Positions 29,201-43,625 are shown, numbered from the stretch's first letter. The stretch is 64,000 bases of DNA from Eledone cirrhosa (GCA_964016885.1 OZ024742.1:20708001-20772000), one strand, 5' to 3'. Made by a program: numbers and translations. The notes: a model not told the origin generated them from the letters alone.

Positions 29201-29709
29201 ACTATTTTTTGGTTCTATTCATAGCCACATTGATCTGGCCATTATTCCTTAAGTGATTTAAACCACCGTATAATAAAATGTTTTTAACAGTTTCGAAACT
29301 TAAACAGTGGTAAATTCCTTATGTGATAATCGATAACTATAAAGCAATATACATTTTAGATTACATTGGTAAAAATTTATTTGAAATAAAATGAAAGATG
29401 GCGACTAGATAAAGATGTTTTGAAAGAAATGCGTAAGAAATATAACATCTGTAAAACGTTGCCAGTTACGATAAATTGAAAGTATCGAATCGTTGATTCA
29501 AATGATAAAACAAAGCTTTATATTTGATAGTGTATTTAGTGTTAAGAAATTTCCAGATGTCTCTTAATATAAATTAGTCTTATAAGAAGGAATTACTACA
29601 ATAACCCATCACTTTAAGTTCACTCTGCCAAATTCATATATTAATAAGAAATTAGATTGTTTGGTTCAGGGCAGTTCATTATAGTTCCACCTGCGCTCTG
29701 TATTATATA

Positions 29710-29771
<62 letters not shown>

Positions 29772-29958
29772 CTGTGTGAATGTTTATATATATATATATA
29801 TATATGTTTGTTTGTGTGAGTGTGTATATGCATGGGAGTGTAGGTGGTGGTGATGGTGCATATATGTATAGATGTAATGCATATGTAAATATGCCGAGGA
29901 AACAATTGTTTCCGTGTTGGTCTTTCCAATTGCTAATACTATCTATCAGTCGGAACTC

Positions 29959-30088
29959 CAGGTAGATGGAACAACGTGAAATAAAGTGTCTTGCTCAAGG
30001 ACATAACGTATCGCTCGGTCCAGGAATCGAACTCACAACATCAAGATTGTGAATCCAATTCTCTAACCACCCAGCTACACGCCTTCAC
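29959..30088 (-). mobile_element. Older tRNA-derived SINE, 5' half
   Basis: On the minus strand: tagctgggtgg A-box-like, gagttcgattcc B-box, then gtccttgagcaagacactttatttcac. Confidence 0.75.
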
Positions 30089-30346
30089 TCAAATAATAAT
30101 ATATGCATAAGTTGGCTCAACTTATAATTAAAAAAACCCGTATTTCTCTTTTGAGATACGAAATAATTTATACATATTGTATAAAAGCTATGCTTGAAGC
30201 GAAATCCTATTTCTTTTTTATTATAAGTTGAGCCAACTTATGCAGCTTCATATGCAAATGAGATTAATCACCTCATTTACACAGACGAGAAAAGTATATA
30301 TTCTTACCTGTCTTCTAGTCCAGCAGTCGCAAGCGGTGGGACGGAT

Positions 30347-30387
30347 CGTCCTGATGAAGGCAAGTTAAGCCTGAAATGCATTAGACG
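30347..30387 (+). ncRNA. Minimal type I hammerhead ribozyme motif in a non-coding PLE-like remnant (30104-30495)
   Basis: cgtc-CTGATGA-aggc[aagttaa]gcct-GAAA-tgcat-TA-gacg; palindromic stem III region (aatgcatt). Confidence 0.8.
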
Positions 30388-30527
30388 GTTTGTGCCCCTT
30401 GCTTCTGCTGGACATCCTCAGAGGACGTTAGCTCCCCGGTCTTTGCATAGCTACGGCTTCCTAAAACCGTATTTCTTTTTGAGATACGAAATATTTATGC
30501 ATATATATATATATTTCATATATATGT

Positions 30528-30562
<35 letters not shown>

Positions 30563-30639
30563 TTAATATATATATATATATACTATATATATATATATAT
30601 ATATATGAAAAGATTAAAGCGCCATTCACTCTGGTACTT

Positions 30640-30780
30640 TAGCTCGGATCTAGCTGTCGAAACGGCCGGAGCTCAGCCGTCGGGATCCTGTATCTTTTTC
30701 ATATTACCCCACTCTATTACCCCAAGTATCGATTACTCCAGTGGGTTTATGGTCCACCTGGTGTTTTACCCGCACCCTAG
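30640..30780 (+). mobile_element. Family F copy (no inverted arm)
   Basis: gatctagctgtcgaaacggccggagctcagccgtcggg...ccccaagtatcga...ggtccacctgg. Confidence 0.65.
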
Positions 30781-31173
30781 TCACTACTTTAAAACTGATA
30801 GCGTATGGTTTTCTAAATGTTTTTAATTAAACATACGATATATTGCCAAATATACCTATACATACATTCATATATATACATCGCTATTTCTGAGCACCAA
30901 ACCTAATACTTAATTTTTTGCTGGACGGGCAATCGATCTGTATAATCAGCTCCTGATTATTACTGGAAAGTTATAAGAATCCAGCTCCTATAATTTTTCG
31001 GCGTAAGCAGGGAGTCCCGTAGCTCTAGTGATCGCCAAACAGAGGTGAAACAGATTGTTAGCTTCTCTTCCTTCTTTCGCCGAAAAGAAGTAAGTGACAT
31101 AGTCAGTACTTTAAAAATCGATAGCGTATGGTCTTCAAAATGTTTTTTAATTAAACATGCGGTATATTGCCAA

Positions 31174-31221
<48 letters not shown>

Positions 31222-31239
31222 ATATATATATATATTTTC

Positions 31240-31286
<47 letters not shown>

Positions 31287-31310
31287 ATATATAAAAATAT
31301 ATATATATAT

Positions 31311-31451
<141 letters not shown>

Positions 31452-32010
31452 ATTAAAAAAATAATTAATAAAACAATGAAACGGTTCCTTATATTAAACA
31501 AAAAAAGTTCATTAGTTAACGATCGTTTCTAGGACATATATGTGTTAGAATTGGCATGCATATTCAACAGATCTATGTACAAAATTATACAAAATTATAC
31601 AAACTATCAAATATAATATACATACCAAACACATACATATGCCGTCATCAGAAATAATGAAATATATTTATTGATAATAACAACAATTCAAAATTACAGG
31701 TCTGTTTGGGAACAGAGTTCAAATTGACCAATGAAATACACAAAAATATATCAAGAAAATACAGTTAGGTGTGTGTATATATGTAAGTAACTTCGTTCAC
31801 AGATATGCATAAAAATATATGTTCACATGCATACGCATGTCGAAAAAATGTATGTAAATACAAACATTCAGGGCTAATGTCTCTGTATGTTTATAATCTA
31901 CAGATAAAATACACATACGTATATAAACATATATACATTCATATATACACACATATACATACATTCACACACACACGCGCATATACACATAAACATACAC
32001 ATACCCACGA

Positions 32011-32084
<74 letters not shown>

Positions 32085-32836
32085 ACATACACACACACAC
32101 ATATGTATATATTATTATTATAACTATATGGATATTAAGGCGCACACATAAACACTGCCACTTATATTTTTACATCTAGATGCAGAAGTAGGAAGGGGGG
32201 TCAGTAATTACTAAGGGTGTCAGAGAACTGCCTATTTATAAAATGTATCTATAAATTTAGAAATAAAAAGAAATATATTAAAAAAAATATATAAACAAGT
32301 AAAATATATACTCATACATAAAATACACACCGATATACATATATACATATATATACATATATACATATATATATACACATATATATATATATATATATAC
32401 ATACATACATATATATATATAGAGACACATACATATACATATATAAATACATAGACACACATACATACACACATATATATATACATATATTCACAACACA
32501 CATACATATATACACAAATATGTACATATATATACACACATACATATATATACATATATACATACACATACACATATATACACACATATATACACACACA
32601 TATATATACACATACACACACATATATATATACACACACACACACACACATATATATATACACACACATACACATATCCATGTATGTATATACACATACA
32701 ACCACACGCTCACACAACTCAGACATACATAAATAAAGAGATATACATACACACATATACATATATATATATATATAGAGAGATATATACATACACATAA
32801 ATATATATACACACACACACACACACACATATACAT

Positions 32837-32871
<35 letters not shown>

Positions 32872-32876
32872 TATAT

Positions 32877-32921
<45 letters not shown>

Positions 32922-33059
32922 TATATATATAAATAAATAAATAAATGAATACACACAGTCAGACAATTATGCACACATATATATATATACATACATATAT
33001 ATATACACATATATACATATACATATATATATATACTCATACATAAAATACCCACCGAT

Positions 33060-33174
<115 letters not shown>

Positions 33175-33615
33175 TATATATACATACATACATACATATA
33201 TAGAGACACATACATATACATATATAAATACAAAGACACACATACATACACACATATATATATACATATATTCACAACACACATACATATATACACAAAT
33301 ATGTACATACACATACACACATACATATATATACATATATACATACACACACATATATATACACACATATATACACACATATATATATATATACATACAC
33401 ACACATATATATACACACACACACACATACATATACGTATATATAAACACACATACACATATCCATGTATGTATATACACATATAACCACACGCTCACAC
33501 AACTCAGACATACATAAATAAAGAGATATACATACACACATATACATATATATATATATATAGATATATACATACACATAAAAATATATATACACACACA
33601 CTCACACATATACAT

Positions 33616-33696
<81 letters not shown>

Positions 33697-33900
33697 TATA
33701 TAAAAAAAAAATAAATAAATAAATAAATACACACAGTCAGACAATTATGCACACATATATATATATATATACATACACACATCTCTACAAATATATATAC
33801 ACATACACACGCACACATACATATATACATACACACATATATATATATAGACATATATATACACACATATATATATATACATATATATACATATACATAA

Positions 33901-33933
<33 letters not shown>

Positions 33934-35064
33934 CAATCATACACACTTATTTACATGCGCACATATGTATTTTTATACTCAGATACAAACACCCAAACAT
34001 ACATACCTACTTACATACACATACATACATCCACGCTTACAAACACAAATAATTATAGGGGGCGGGGATTAAAATTATTAGTGGGAAATAGTAAATATAG
34101 GTTTTAAGGAACATAGAATATTAATCTGCATTTAGATCATAATATGTGTTTACATAGTAGATTCAGTATTAGGAAATGTAAGAAAGAAGGCAAATTATGC
34201 ATTTTAATATAAGTAGACTATTAATTATAGGTTAACTAAATTAAAAATAGTTAATATATTGATTTCTAAGGTGTATACTACTTAGGTTTATAATATTTGA
34301 AGCGGAATTTTGAAGTGAAACAGTAGTAGAGTATTAATTATAGCATAACTAAATTAAAAATATTAACATTATGGTATCAATATTAGGAAATGAATTTAGT
34401 AATAGGGAAAACCAAATCAAGTATTTCATCGGTAGTAGAATATAAATTATAGGTTAACTAAATTAAAAATTATATATTAATTTCTATAGTATATGTTAAT
34501 TAGGTTTATAATAATTAAAGCAGATTTTGTATTTTATCTATAGTAGAATATAATTATAGGTTAACAAAAATTAAAATTAATATATATATATATATACACA
34601 TTTAATTGTAAAGAATATATTAATTAGGTATATATTTAAAAATTTATCTCAGTTTATAATTACATGATATTCTGCAATCCATCTGTATTAGAATTTTAAT
34701 TTTAAGCTAATTAAATTAAAATTATAGGTTAACTAAATTAAAATTAATTTATAAATAAATTTCTAAATTGTACATTAATTAGGTTTATAATATTAAAAAA
34801 TATCTCTCTGTTATTGATTACACGATATTTTGTTATATTTCATCTGTAAAGGAATTTTAATAAAAGGTTAAATAAACTAACATTAATCTATAAATTAATT
34901 TACAAAGTATATATTAACTATGTTAATAATATTAAAAAGTTTTTCACAATTTATGATTACATAATATTTTTTAATCTCATCTGTAGTAGAATTTTAATTA
35001 AATTAAATTTATAGGTTAACTACATTTAAATTAAATTATATATTAATTTCTAAAATATATATTA

Positions 35065-37500
35065 TTAATTAGGTTTATAATATTTAAATGTTTTTCTCAG
35101 TTTATGATTACACGATATAATTAATTCCTGTCGCTTATTTAATTGGATATCCTTAGATTTCATTATTTCAAATAGTTCTTGGGAACATAATCTACATTCA
35201 TTTCTATTATTTTGATAAGGGGTGGCTCTTTTGAGCACACTCCAGGTCATATCATATTCTATATTCTTATTTCTATAACTATTAATTTTTTCTGCTAGAG
35301 ATGTTGTATTAGCCAGTGCGGCATTTTAAAAACTATGTTTGTGGGTATTAAACCTTACCTTAAAATTGTTAGAAGTAGCTCCTATATATGAGCAAATAGA
35401 ATCTTTAGTTTTAACTTTACATTTATAAACTATGTTGTTAACAAGACAATTTCCTTTTAATGGGCAGTTTGCTTTGTTTCTACAGTTACAACCTTTCGTT
35501 AATTCTGTATTTGAGGAGATATTATGGTTAGTTTGATGTATTGGTGGTATACTTATGGTATTTTTACATTTATATGCATTATAGGCACTTATATTTTGTT
35601 TTATGTTTTTGGTTGTTGAGTATGAGAATTTAACTGTTGACCTATTTAAGATTCGATGGTATTTGTGGTTTGGCGGGAAGTTTTTCTCTAGGATATAAAA
35701 AATTTTTTTAGCAATATTATCCTTAATTTGTAAATTAAATGGAGCATTATACCAAGTAACTCGTGTATTACGGTTTCTATGTTGTTTATTATTTTTATAG
35801 GTTGTATCGTGATGTTTACTAGGAGGATTAATGTTAATGACCTCACCACGCACATTTTTAGTTAGATTTATTGATTTAGGTGTTTTATCTTGTTTATTAG
35901 TAGTTTTATTATTAACATTTATTAGAGTTGTATGATGAGTAGTTTTTTGAGAGTTACTATACTTTATATTAGAGGAGTTGTTGGTATTTTGGGGTATAGT
36001 GTGGGTGGCATTTAGGTGTGTACTTTTCATTTGGTGTTTGTTGGTAATATTAGGTTGTATGTTTATAGTATTTTTAGTAGAAGGTATATATTCTAATCTA
36101 TTTTTGTGGCCACTTCTATCTAGAGCTTCGTTATAGAAGGTCGCATTTTTATCAAATACATCTTGGTTAGACGAAAGGTTAGAAATTCTAAGTGATATAT
36201 TATATGCAAGGTTTTTAAGGATAGATTTAGGGGGATTAGATTGTGAGTGTATGTAGTGTAAGTGTTGGTTGGGTTTATGGTAAGGTTGGTAGATACCCGT
36301 AGCTAAGTCTAAAGTTATATCTAGGAAATTAACTACTTTACTTGTGTTTTCAAAAGTAATATGAAGACTATAATAGTCTTTAAGGAAAGTTCTAATAAGC
36401 TTTTTGTTTTTTTCTATTTCTGAGAGGCTAAGGTTGTTGGAAAGAAGAAGACAGTCATCACGATATAAACCACCTTTAAGGTGGGGAAAGGAAGCATTTA
36501 TGTTGAAAAGAAGAAAGAGGCCCACAAGATCAGTAATTTGGGCAGAATCGCTTGAACCCATAGTAATATCAAATAGATTACTATATGTGTTTCTGGTCCA
36601 GTATTCATTCTGAAATTCAATAAGTGTTAGTCTAGCATGTGTAATAATATTAATGTCATCCAAAGTTAAGTTAGATCTATTTTTAGCAAATATCAAAGCT
36701 TTGTTCAGGAGTATAGGTGATATAGAAGAGTAGTAATTATCTATATCAAATTGTAGAAATGAAGCAGAAGATTTACATCTAATATTTTTAAACCAGTTAA
36801 TTACCTGGGAAGTGTTTTCCCAGAGTGGTAAATTAACATGTTTTCTTATTTGTGGGATGACTCTATCCAAAATTTTTTTGCTAATTATTCCAATATCAGA
36901 TTTGGAGGGACATATAAGTCTTATAGAAGGATTTGAGTTAAAGTTTGATTTATGATCCTTCAGGTTGAAGTGTGGTCTTTTCAATGCCAAAGGTTCAGTT
37001 CTATCTTCAATGTTTAGTTTTTTTACTATGTTGTGTGTTTTGTTGTTGATGTTGGTGAGTGACGCATTATTAGATTTTTTATAATTTTTCCTGAGTTCTT
37101 TATATATGAACTCATTATAATCTTCAATATCCATGTGATACAAGTTTCCAGTTTTGTCCGAGTGGACATGGATTTTTTTAGACTTTTTTAGGTCCAATAG
37201 GGTAGAATCAAGGTCCCTTTGAAAGACAGATTTATACTTCTTAAATTTGAGGTGTTTAATTAAATTAAAAAGGTCTTTCTCAAAGTCTTCAAGTAGAGAG
37301 TTGTGTGGTGGATGCTTGTAAGTATTAAAATCATACATATATTTCCTATCTGCATATTTAGATTTTTTATCGAAGTGGTAGGCCCTCCATCTAACTCTTC
37401 TGATAAATTGGTTAGTTTTCTGTATCATAAGGAGTAAGAAGTCATCCTTAGAAGGTATTGGTATATTCTTTAAAGAGGTTCCCAAGTATTGTTTTTTCAT
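35065..37500 (-). pseudogene. Naiad-like PLE polyprotein (RT + CxCx5Cx5C linker + GIY-YIG), ~810 codons, single in-frame TAA at 35326-35328
   Basis: SLKNIPIP, SDKTGNLY, QFDIDNYYSSI, TMGS.D.AQITDLVG, GLYRDD, CNCRNKANCPLKGNC, IVY...YIGAT; the 35065-35250 ORF (CRLC..E...LNKR.E...CNH) is in the same frame. Confidence 0.9.
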
Positions 37501-37836
37501 TGTGATATGGATAATGGACAATAGAAAGAGCTCAACTAAATGTATATGGGGTTATAAAATCATACATATATATGTATATACATAAATATAAAATTAATAC
37601 ACACATACAGTACAAAGATACGAATATTTCCGTGAAAATAGGAGCAAATTATGTAGATAAATCTACCAAGAGTTTACGGTAGTGTCCAATCCGTATGAAG
37701 AATTCAATGTAATCCGGACATCATGGAAAGAAGAGATGCATTCAAAAATCACTTTCGGTGAAAGATAAACGGAATACAGAGTCAAGATAAAGTATTAAAA
37801 AAATGAAACAGTTCCTTATATTAAACAAAAAAAGTT

Positions 37837-37986
37837 CATTATTTAACGATCGTTTCTAGGACATATATGTGTTAGAATTGGCATGCATATTCAACAGATC
37901 TATGTACAAAATTATACAAAATTATACAAACTATCAAATATAATATACATACCAAACACATACATATGCCGTCTTCAGAAATAATG
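37837..37986 (-). ncRNA. Hammerhead ribozyme with very long stem II in Naiad pseudo-LTR (second copy 31510-31659)
   Basis: On the minus strand: cattattt-CTGAAGA (CTGATGA in the other copy)-~115 nt-GAAA-cgatcg-TT-aaataatg; 8-bp stem I; palindromic aacgatcgtt. Confidence 0.75.
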
Positions 37987-38337
37987 AAATATATTTATTG
38001 ATAATAACAACAATTCAAAATTACAGGTCTGTTTGGGAACAGAGTTCAAATTGACCAATGAAATACACAAAAATATATCAAGAAAATACAGTTAGGTGTG
38101 TGTATATATGTAAGTAACTTCGTTCACAGATATGCATAAAAATATATGTTCACATGCATACGCATGTCGAAAAAATGTATGTAAATACAAAAATTCAGGG
38201 CTAATGTCTCTGTATGTTTATAATCTACAGATAAAATACACATACGTATATAAACATATATACATTCATATATACACACATATAAATACATTCACACACA
38301 CACGCGCATATACACATAAACATACACATACCCACGA

Positions 38338-38431
<94 letters not shown>

Positions 38432-38570
38432 GTATATATTATTATTATAATATATACATATAAAGGTTTACATATATATATATATATATAAAGTCATAGA
38501 TATATATGTGTTTTGCAACGGGTCACTTTGTGGCTCAATGAAGAATTAATAAATTAAATAATCAGAGCTA

Positions 38571-38660
<90 letters not shown>

Positions 38661-38662
<2 letters not shown>

Positions 38663-39611
38663 AGTAGAATGAAAACGAAAAATCAGTGATGCATCTGGAC
38701 TCAATTTATTGCGTGTTACAATTGTTTCGCCGGCAGGTAGCTCGAGACATGGTGCCTGTATGGAGCTGGCTGATTCTACGGCTGCAGGTCCCTTCAGACA
38801 CGGGTAGTTCGTTCGGAGCAAATTTTATCACTGGGGTGTTATAAAAAAACACCCTCAAAAAACCTTTTCTACTCTTGTCATGCCATTGGCTGTTGTTACT
38901 CCACGTCATCTTAAGTTCTAGTCACTATATACTGCTACACGGGTCATCAGCCATTTTCCGTCCGAGACACTTCAATGGAGTCATGCTGGGTTCGGTATCT
39001 CACACGTCCGTTCACACCCCAGAGCATGCACCCACACATACAAATACACACACACATATACACACAGACACATGCGTGCATACACATGTGTACGCATACA
39101 TGCGTAGACAACCCCAGCCCCACATATATATATATATACTCACACACTCTCCCTCACTTCCATAGACCCAGGCACACCCACTTCTAGATACAGACCGCCA
39201 CAAGCCTATTAACGCCTACCTAAGTCGCGCCATATATCCGGTCCGGCAGGCACGGCCCCACGCATTTTGATATTTTATGTTATGATATTTTACCGTTATT
39301 ATATGGTATATTGTGTTTTTTATTATATAATGTATTTTTAATTTACGGTTTGTTTATATATGTATATGTAGAAACGTGTGTGTAAGCAAATATGCATATG
39401 TCCAGGTGTCTGCATGTGGCAGTCCGTCTGCGTATGTATATGTAGATGTATATATGTCTGCATGTATATATGTATGTATAAATGTGGGTGTGCGTATGCA
39501 TGTAGGGTTTTCTTTCTATATATATATATATATATGTGTGTGTATGTATGTGTGTATGTCATTTTTTGTACGTATGTGAATTTTGTATGTATGTCTGTGT
39601 GTATATATATG

Positions 39612-39664
<53 letters not shown>

Positions 39665-40457
39665 GTGTGTATGTATATATGTGTGTGTATGTGTGTATAT
39701 ATATATATATATATAAGGTTGTGCGTAGGTATGTGTGCGCGCGTATGTGTGTTTATATGGGTATGTTTGCGTGGGCCGTGCCTGTCGGGTCGGACCGGAT
39801 ATATGGGGCGACTTAATCAGGCGTTAATAGGCTTGTGGCGGTCTGTATCTAGAAGTGGGTGTGCCTGGGTCTGTGGAAATGAGGGAGAGTGTATGTGTGT
39901 ATATATATATATATGTGTGTGTGGGGGTGTCTACGCATGTATACGTACATATGTGTATGCACGCATGTGTCTGTGTTTGCCTCTGTGTGTATATGTGTGT
40001 GTGTATTTGTATGTGTGGGTGCATGCCTTGGAGTGTGAACAGACGTGTGAGATACCGAACCCAGCATGACTCCATTGAAGTTTGTCGGACGGAAAATGGC
40101 TGATGAACCGTGTAGCAGTAAATAGTGACCAGAATTTAAGATAACGTGGAGTAACAACAGACAATGGCATGAGAAGAGTGGAAGAGGCCTTTTGAGGGTG
40201 TTTTTTGATAACACCCCAGTGATAACATTTGCTCCGAACGAACTACCCGTGTCTGAAGGAACCTGCAGCCGTAGAATCAGCCAGATCCGTACAGGGACCA
40301 TGTCTCGAGCTACCTACTGGCGAAACAATTGTAACACGCAATAAATTGAGTCCAGATGCATCACTGATTTTTCGTTTTCTTTATACTATCTACACTCTAC
40401 TCTGCTGAATATTGAGTACTAAATTTGGCATACCACACCATAGCTACCGTTATACAC

Positions 40458-40460
<3 letters not shown>
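38661..40460 (+). mobile_element. Non-coding PLE-like element: ~600-bp inverted arms + ~70-nt tail, in (TA)n
   Basis: 38661-39264 is the diverged reverse complement of 39768-40389; hammerhead-like motif in both arms; microsatellite spacer. Confidence 0.75.
40248..40338 (+). ncRNA. Atypical hammerhead-like motif (second copy 38712-38802, minus)
   Basis: cgtgt-CTGAAGG-~60 nt-GAAA-caattg-TA-acacg; stem I perfect, palindromic stem III, core deviates from CUGAnGA. Confidence 0.6.
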
Positions 40461-40491
<31 letters not shown>

Positions 40492-40575
40492 AGAAGAAAA
40501 CATATTGGTAGCATCACCTGGAATCGTACTGACTCACATGCACACACACACAAACATGCACACACATACACACAA

Positions 40576-40629
<54 letters not shown>

Positions 40630-40955
40630 TTCCAAAGAAAAGAAACAACACACAATAGTGTACGGCTACATAAGTATGTTCTCATCACTACCCAGAAATT
40701 ACTATGTGTTAACTGATGAGATCTAATAATACCGAAATATGTTAGGAATTTCCTCTCGTCCTCCTAAAACACCGCTGAATGTACCCAGGGACCAGTGTGC
40801 AGTGTTTAGCCAGATGAATGTATGAGATTACCACCCAAGTAATCAGATCTCAAGCAATCAGGTGAATACCATGACCATATTTACGCCACATCCTTGGCTG
40901 AAATCAATCTCGCCAATCAATTGCCTTCGAACTGTCCTATATTATTAATTCTTTC

Positions 40956-41160
40956 TAACACTGGAATAAGGACAGCAATTTTGAGGAAGGAAATTTGATC
41001 ATGTCGACCCCCTTACCTAACTCGTACTTTATTTTACCGACCATGGATAGATATAAAGCAACGCTGACCTCAGTGGGATTGGAACTCACAACATAAAATA
41101 TCGTAACTAAAAGCCGCAACCATTTTCTCGAATGTTCTGTCAATATTACCAATTCACCAG
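40956..41160 (-). mobile_element. Old SINE related to family S
   Basis: gtactttattttaccgacc...gacctcagtgggattggaactcacaac resembles the family S centre and B-box. Confidence 0.6.
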
Positions 41161-42423
41161 TCATTGATATCGAATTAATGAAAAGCGATGGTGATCTCAA
41201 CCTCATTTGATCCGACGGTGCAGAGAGCTGGCATAAATACTGGAAGGTACTTCGTTTAATGTTTCAAAAATTCTGTTAATTCCTAACTCTGCCATCTTAC
41301 ATTTACCACTTTGCAATTTACGGTTGAAAAATGAAATTAAATAATTGACCAGTTCTTGGGCCACGTATATCATATAATATCAAAAGGATATATATGTCAC
41401 TATATACAAGTAGAACTAGTGATCTATTCAATTATCGCTGAATCTCTAATTTTATTTCATTATACGCAATTTTCTGAAATGATTAGGAGAAAAGGTGGCT
41501 AAAATTACAAGATCCTAACGTATACACTTTAGGTGAAAGACGTAGTCATAAAACGTTAGCCATTACTATATTTCTTTTATCGTTTTCAGCTCTTTCATAA
41601 TTAGTGATAAAGCAGGCCATCAAATTAAATTAACGTAGAATTCGATAATATTGTAAAATGTATTAACGGAAATTTATCATTGAATTATTAAAGCTGACAA
41701 TTAGATCAGCACTTTTCCGATGAAGATGAAGTCAGGCCGGAAGTTAACTTATAACATTGCTGGAATATACTAAATATTTCTGTTTTCTTCATGGCATCTT
41801 ACATCACTTAAAACGCTAACATCGTTTCCGCTGATGCTATAATGAAAATTGATTAAAATGACTTCTAACATATATATGATATTAGACGTCAACGATATCT
41901 TTAGAATTAATTATCTGTTTGCTTTTCTTAACGATAATGAGGCAATACAAGATCATCTTCAAGTCTTTTGCCATTAACCATCAAATTACGTGAAAATGTA
42001 CTAAACATATTTTAGTAGGCTACACAAATGATCTCATCTCATGTCACTACCTTGTCATTTTGTCATATCTTTCTAATATATATTTTCTTAAAATTATAAA
42101 TATTTTCTTATTTAGAGATAACATCTGTCTAAGAGAAATCTTCTAAGTGACAGCTTAGAAATAAACTTAGAAACAAGATAGCCCTTATGTCATTCAACAA
42201 GTTCTCATAATCTTTTCTTTTTCTACAGGAATATAATTTTATAGCAGGTAGAGATTTGTTCTTCCATCTAGTTTGCAAGAAAACATTATAAATATTATGA
42301 AGAGTGTAACTTTTCAAGGGTTTATTTTCAAATTTATATCCTGACTGAAGTAGAATAATTTACTGTATTATACTCAGTGAACAATTATTCCAGATTAGGT
42401 TTATTTCCTTCTAAATATTTTCA

Positions 42424-42490
<67 letters not shown>

Positions 42491-42712
42491 TGATCCCGAT
42501 TGTCATAGGCGCACTGGGGACTATCTCCAAAGGTTTCCAGGGATGGTTAAAGAAAATCGGCCCCTTCACGCTTTTTGGAACGCTTCAAAAGGCATGCTTG
42601 CTTGGAACGGCAAGAACCCTCCGATACGTCCTGAATATCTGAGGCTTGATATTCAATCCAACGGACTTTCCAGTTAACCAACATCAATGACTGAGATTCA
42701 AGGAATAACAAT
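42491..42712 (+). mobile_element. Dong/R4 family B, 3' fragment between (TAA)n arrays
   Basis: Encodes IPIVIGALGTIS...LRYVLNI plus the 3' UTR; (TAA)n at 42432-42490 and 42713-42775. Confidence 0.92.
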
Positions 42713-42715
42713 AAC

Positions 42716-42775
<60 letters not shown>

Positions 42776-43437
42776 TGTGATCCACTGTGCAGGATCTGTG
42801 GAGAGAGAGAGGAGACTGTGGCTCACATTGTATCCGAGTGTAAACACCTAGCCCAGACTCACTATAAGGGCTGGAGACATCATGTGATGGGCAGGGTGAT
42901 CCACTGGCACCTATGCAAAGTAAACAATTTACCACATTCTGAGAAGTGGTATGAGCATAAGTCAGAGGCGGTGATAGAAAACGATCAGGTGAAGGTGCTG
43001 TGGGATTTTAGGATACAGACGGACAAGAAACTGGAACACAATAGACCTGACCTGGTGGTTTTGGACAAAGAAAAAAGATCGTGCCTGATTGTGGATGTGG
43101 CCTGCCCATTCGACACGAGAGAGCAAGAGAAGGAGAGGGAGAAAATTAACCGATACCAGGACTTAAAGTGGGAGGTAAAAAGGATTTGGAATTGCCATGA
43201 AGTCAAAGTGATCCCGATTGTCATAGGCGCACTAGGGACTATCTCAAAAAGTTTCCAGGGATGGTTAAAGAAAATTGGCCCCTTCACGCTTTTTGGAACG
43301 CTTCAAAAGGCATGCTTGCTGGGAACAGCAAGAACCCTCCGATACGTCCTTAATATCTGAGGCTGCAGGTAGTGGCTTGATATTCATTTCAACAAACTTT
43401 CCAGTTAACTAACATCAATGACTGAGACTCAAAGAGT
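42776..43437 (+). mobile_element. Dong/R4 family B, 5'-truncated (CCHC finger + RLE)
   Basis: CRICGEREETVAHIVSEC, RH, RPDLV..D.ACP, KINRY in ORF 42818-43360; (TAA)n tail. Confidence 0.94.
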
Positions 43438-43443
43438 AATGAC

Positions 43444-43483
<40 letters not shown>

Positions 43484-43625
43484 TTAATAATAAAAGTATA
43501 TTATATTATTGTAAGGCACTGGGTGATTGCTGGCCTTGTATCTGGAGTGGAGACAATTATTAATAATTTCATTCTTAAGCCACGCAATGCTCACATTAAG
43601 GAACCACTCATGATAATAACAATTT

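Noticed and set aside
35326-35328. In-frame stop in the Naiad-like ORF as a possible selenocysteine codon (some Naiads are reported to encode selenoproteins)
   Set aside because: The codon is TAA, not TGA, and it is not at a Cys position; a point mutation or sequencing error is more likely.
41700-42300. Possible host exons on the plus strand (DQHFSDEDEVRPEVNL*; pyrimidine tract + cag at ~42228)
   Set aside because: Splice-like signals arise by chance in AT-rich DNA; no supporting coding signal.
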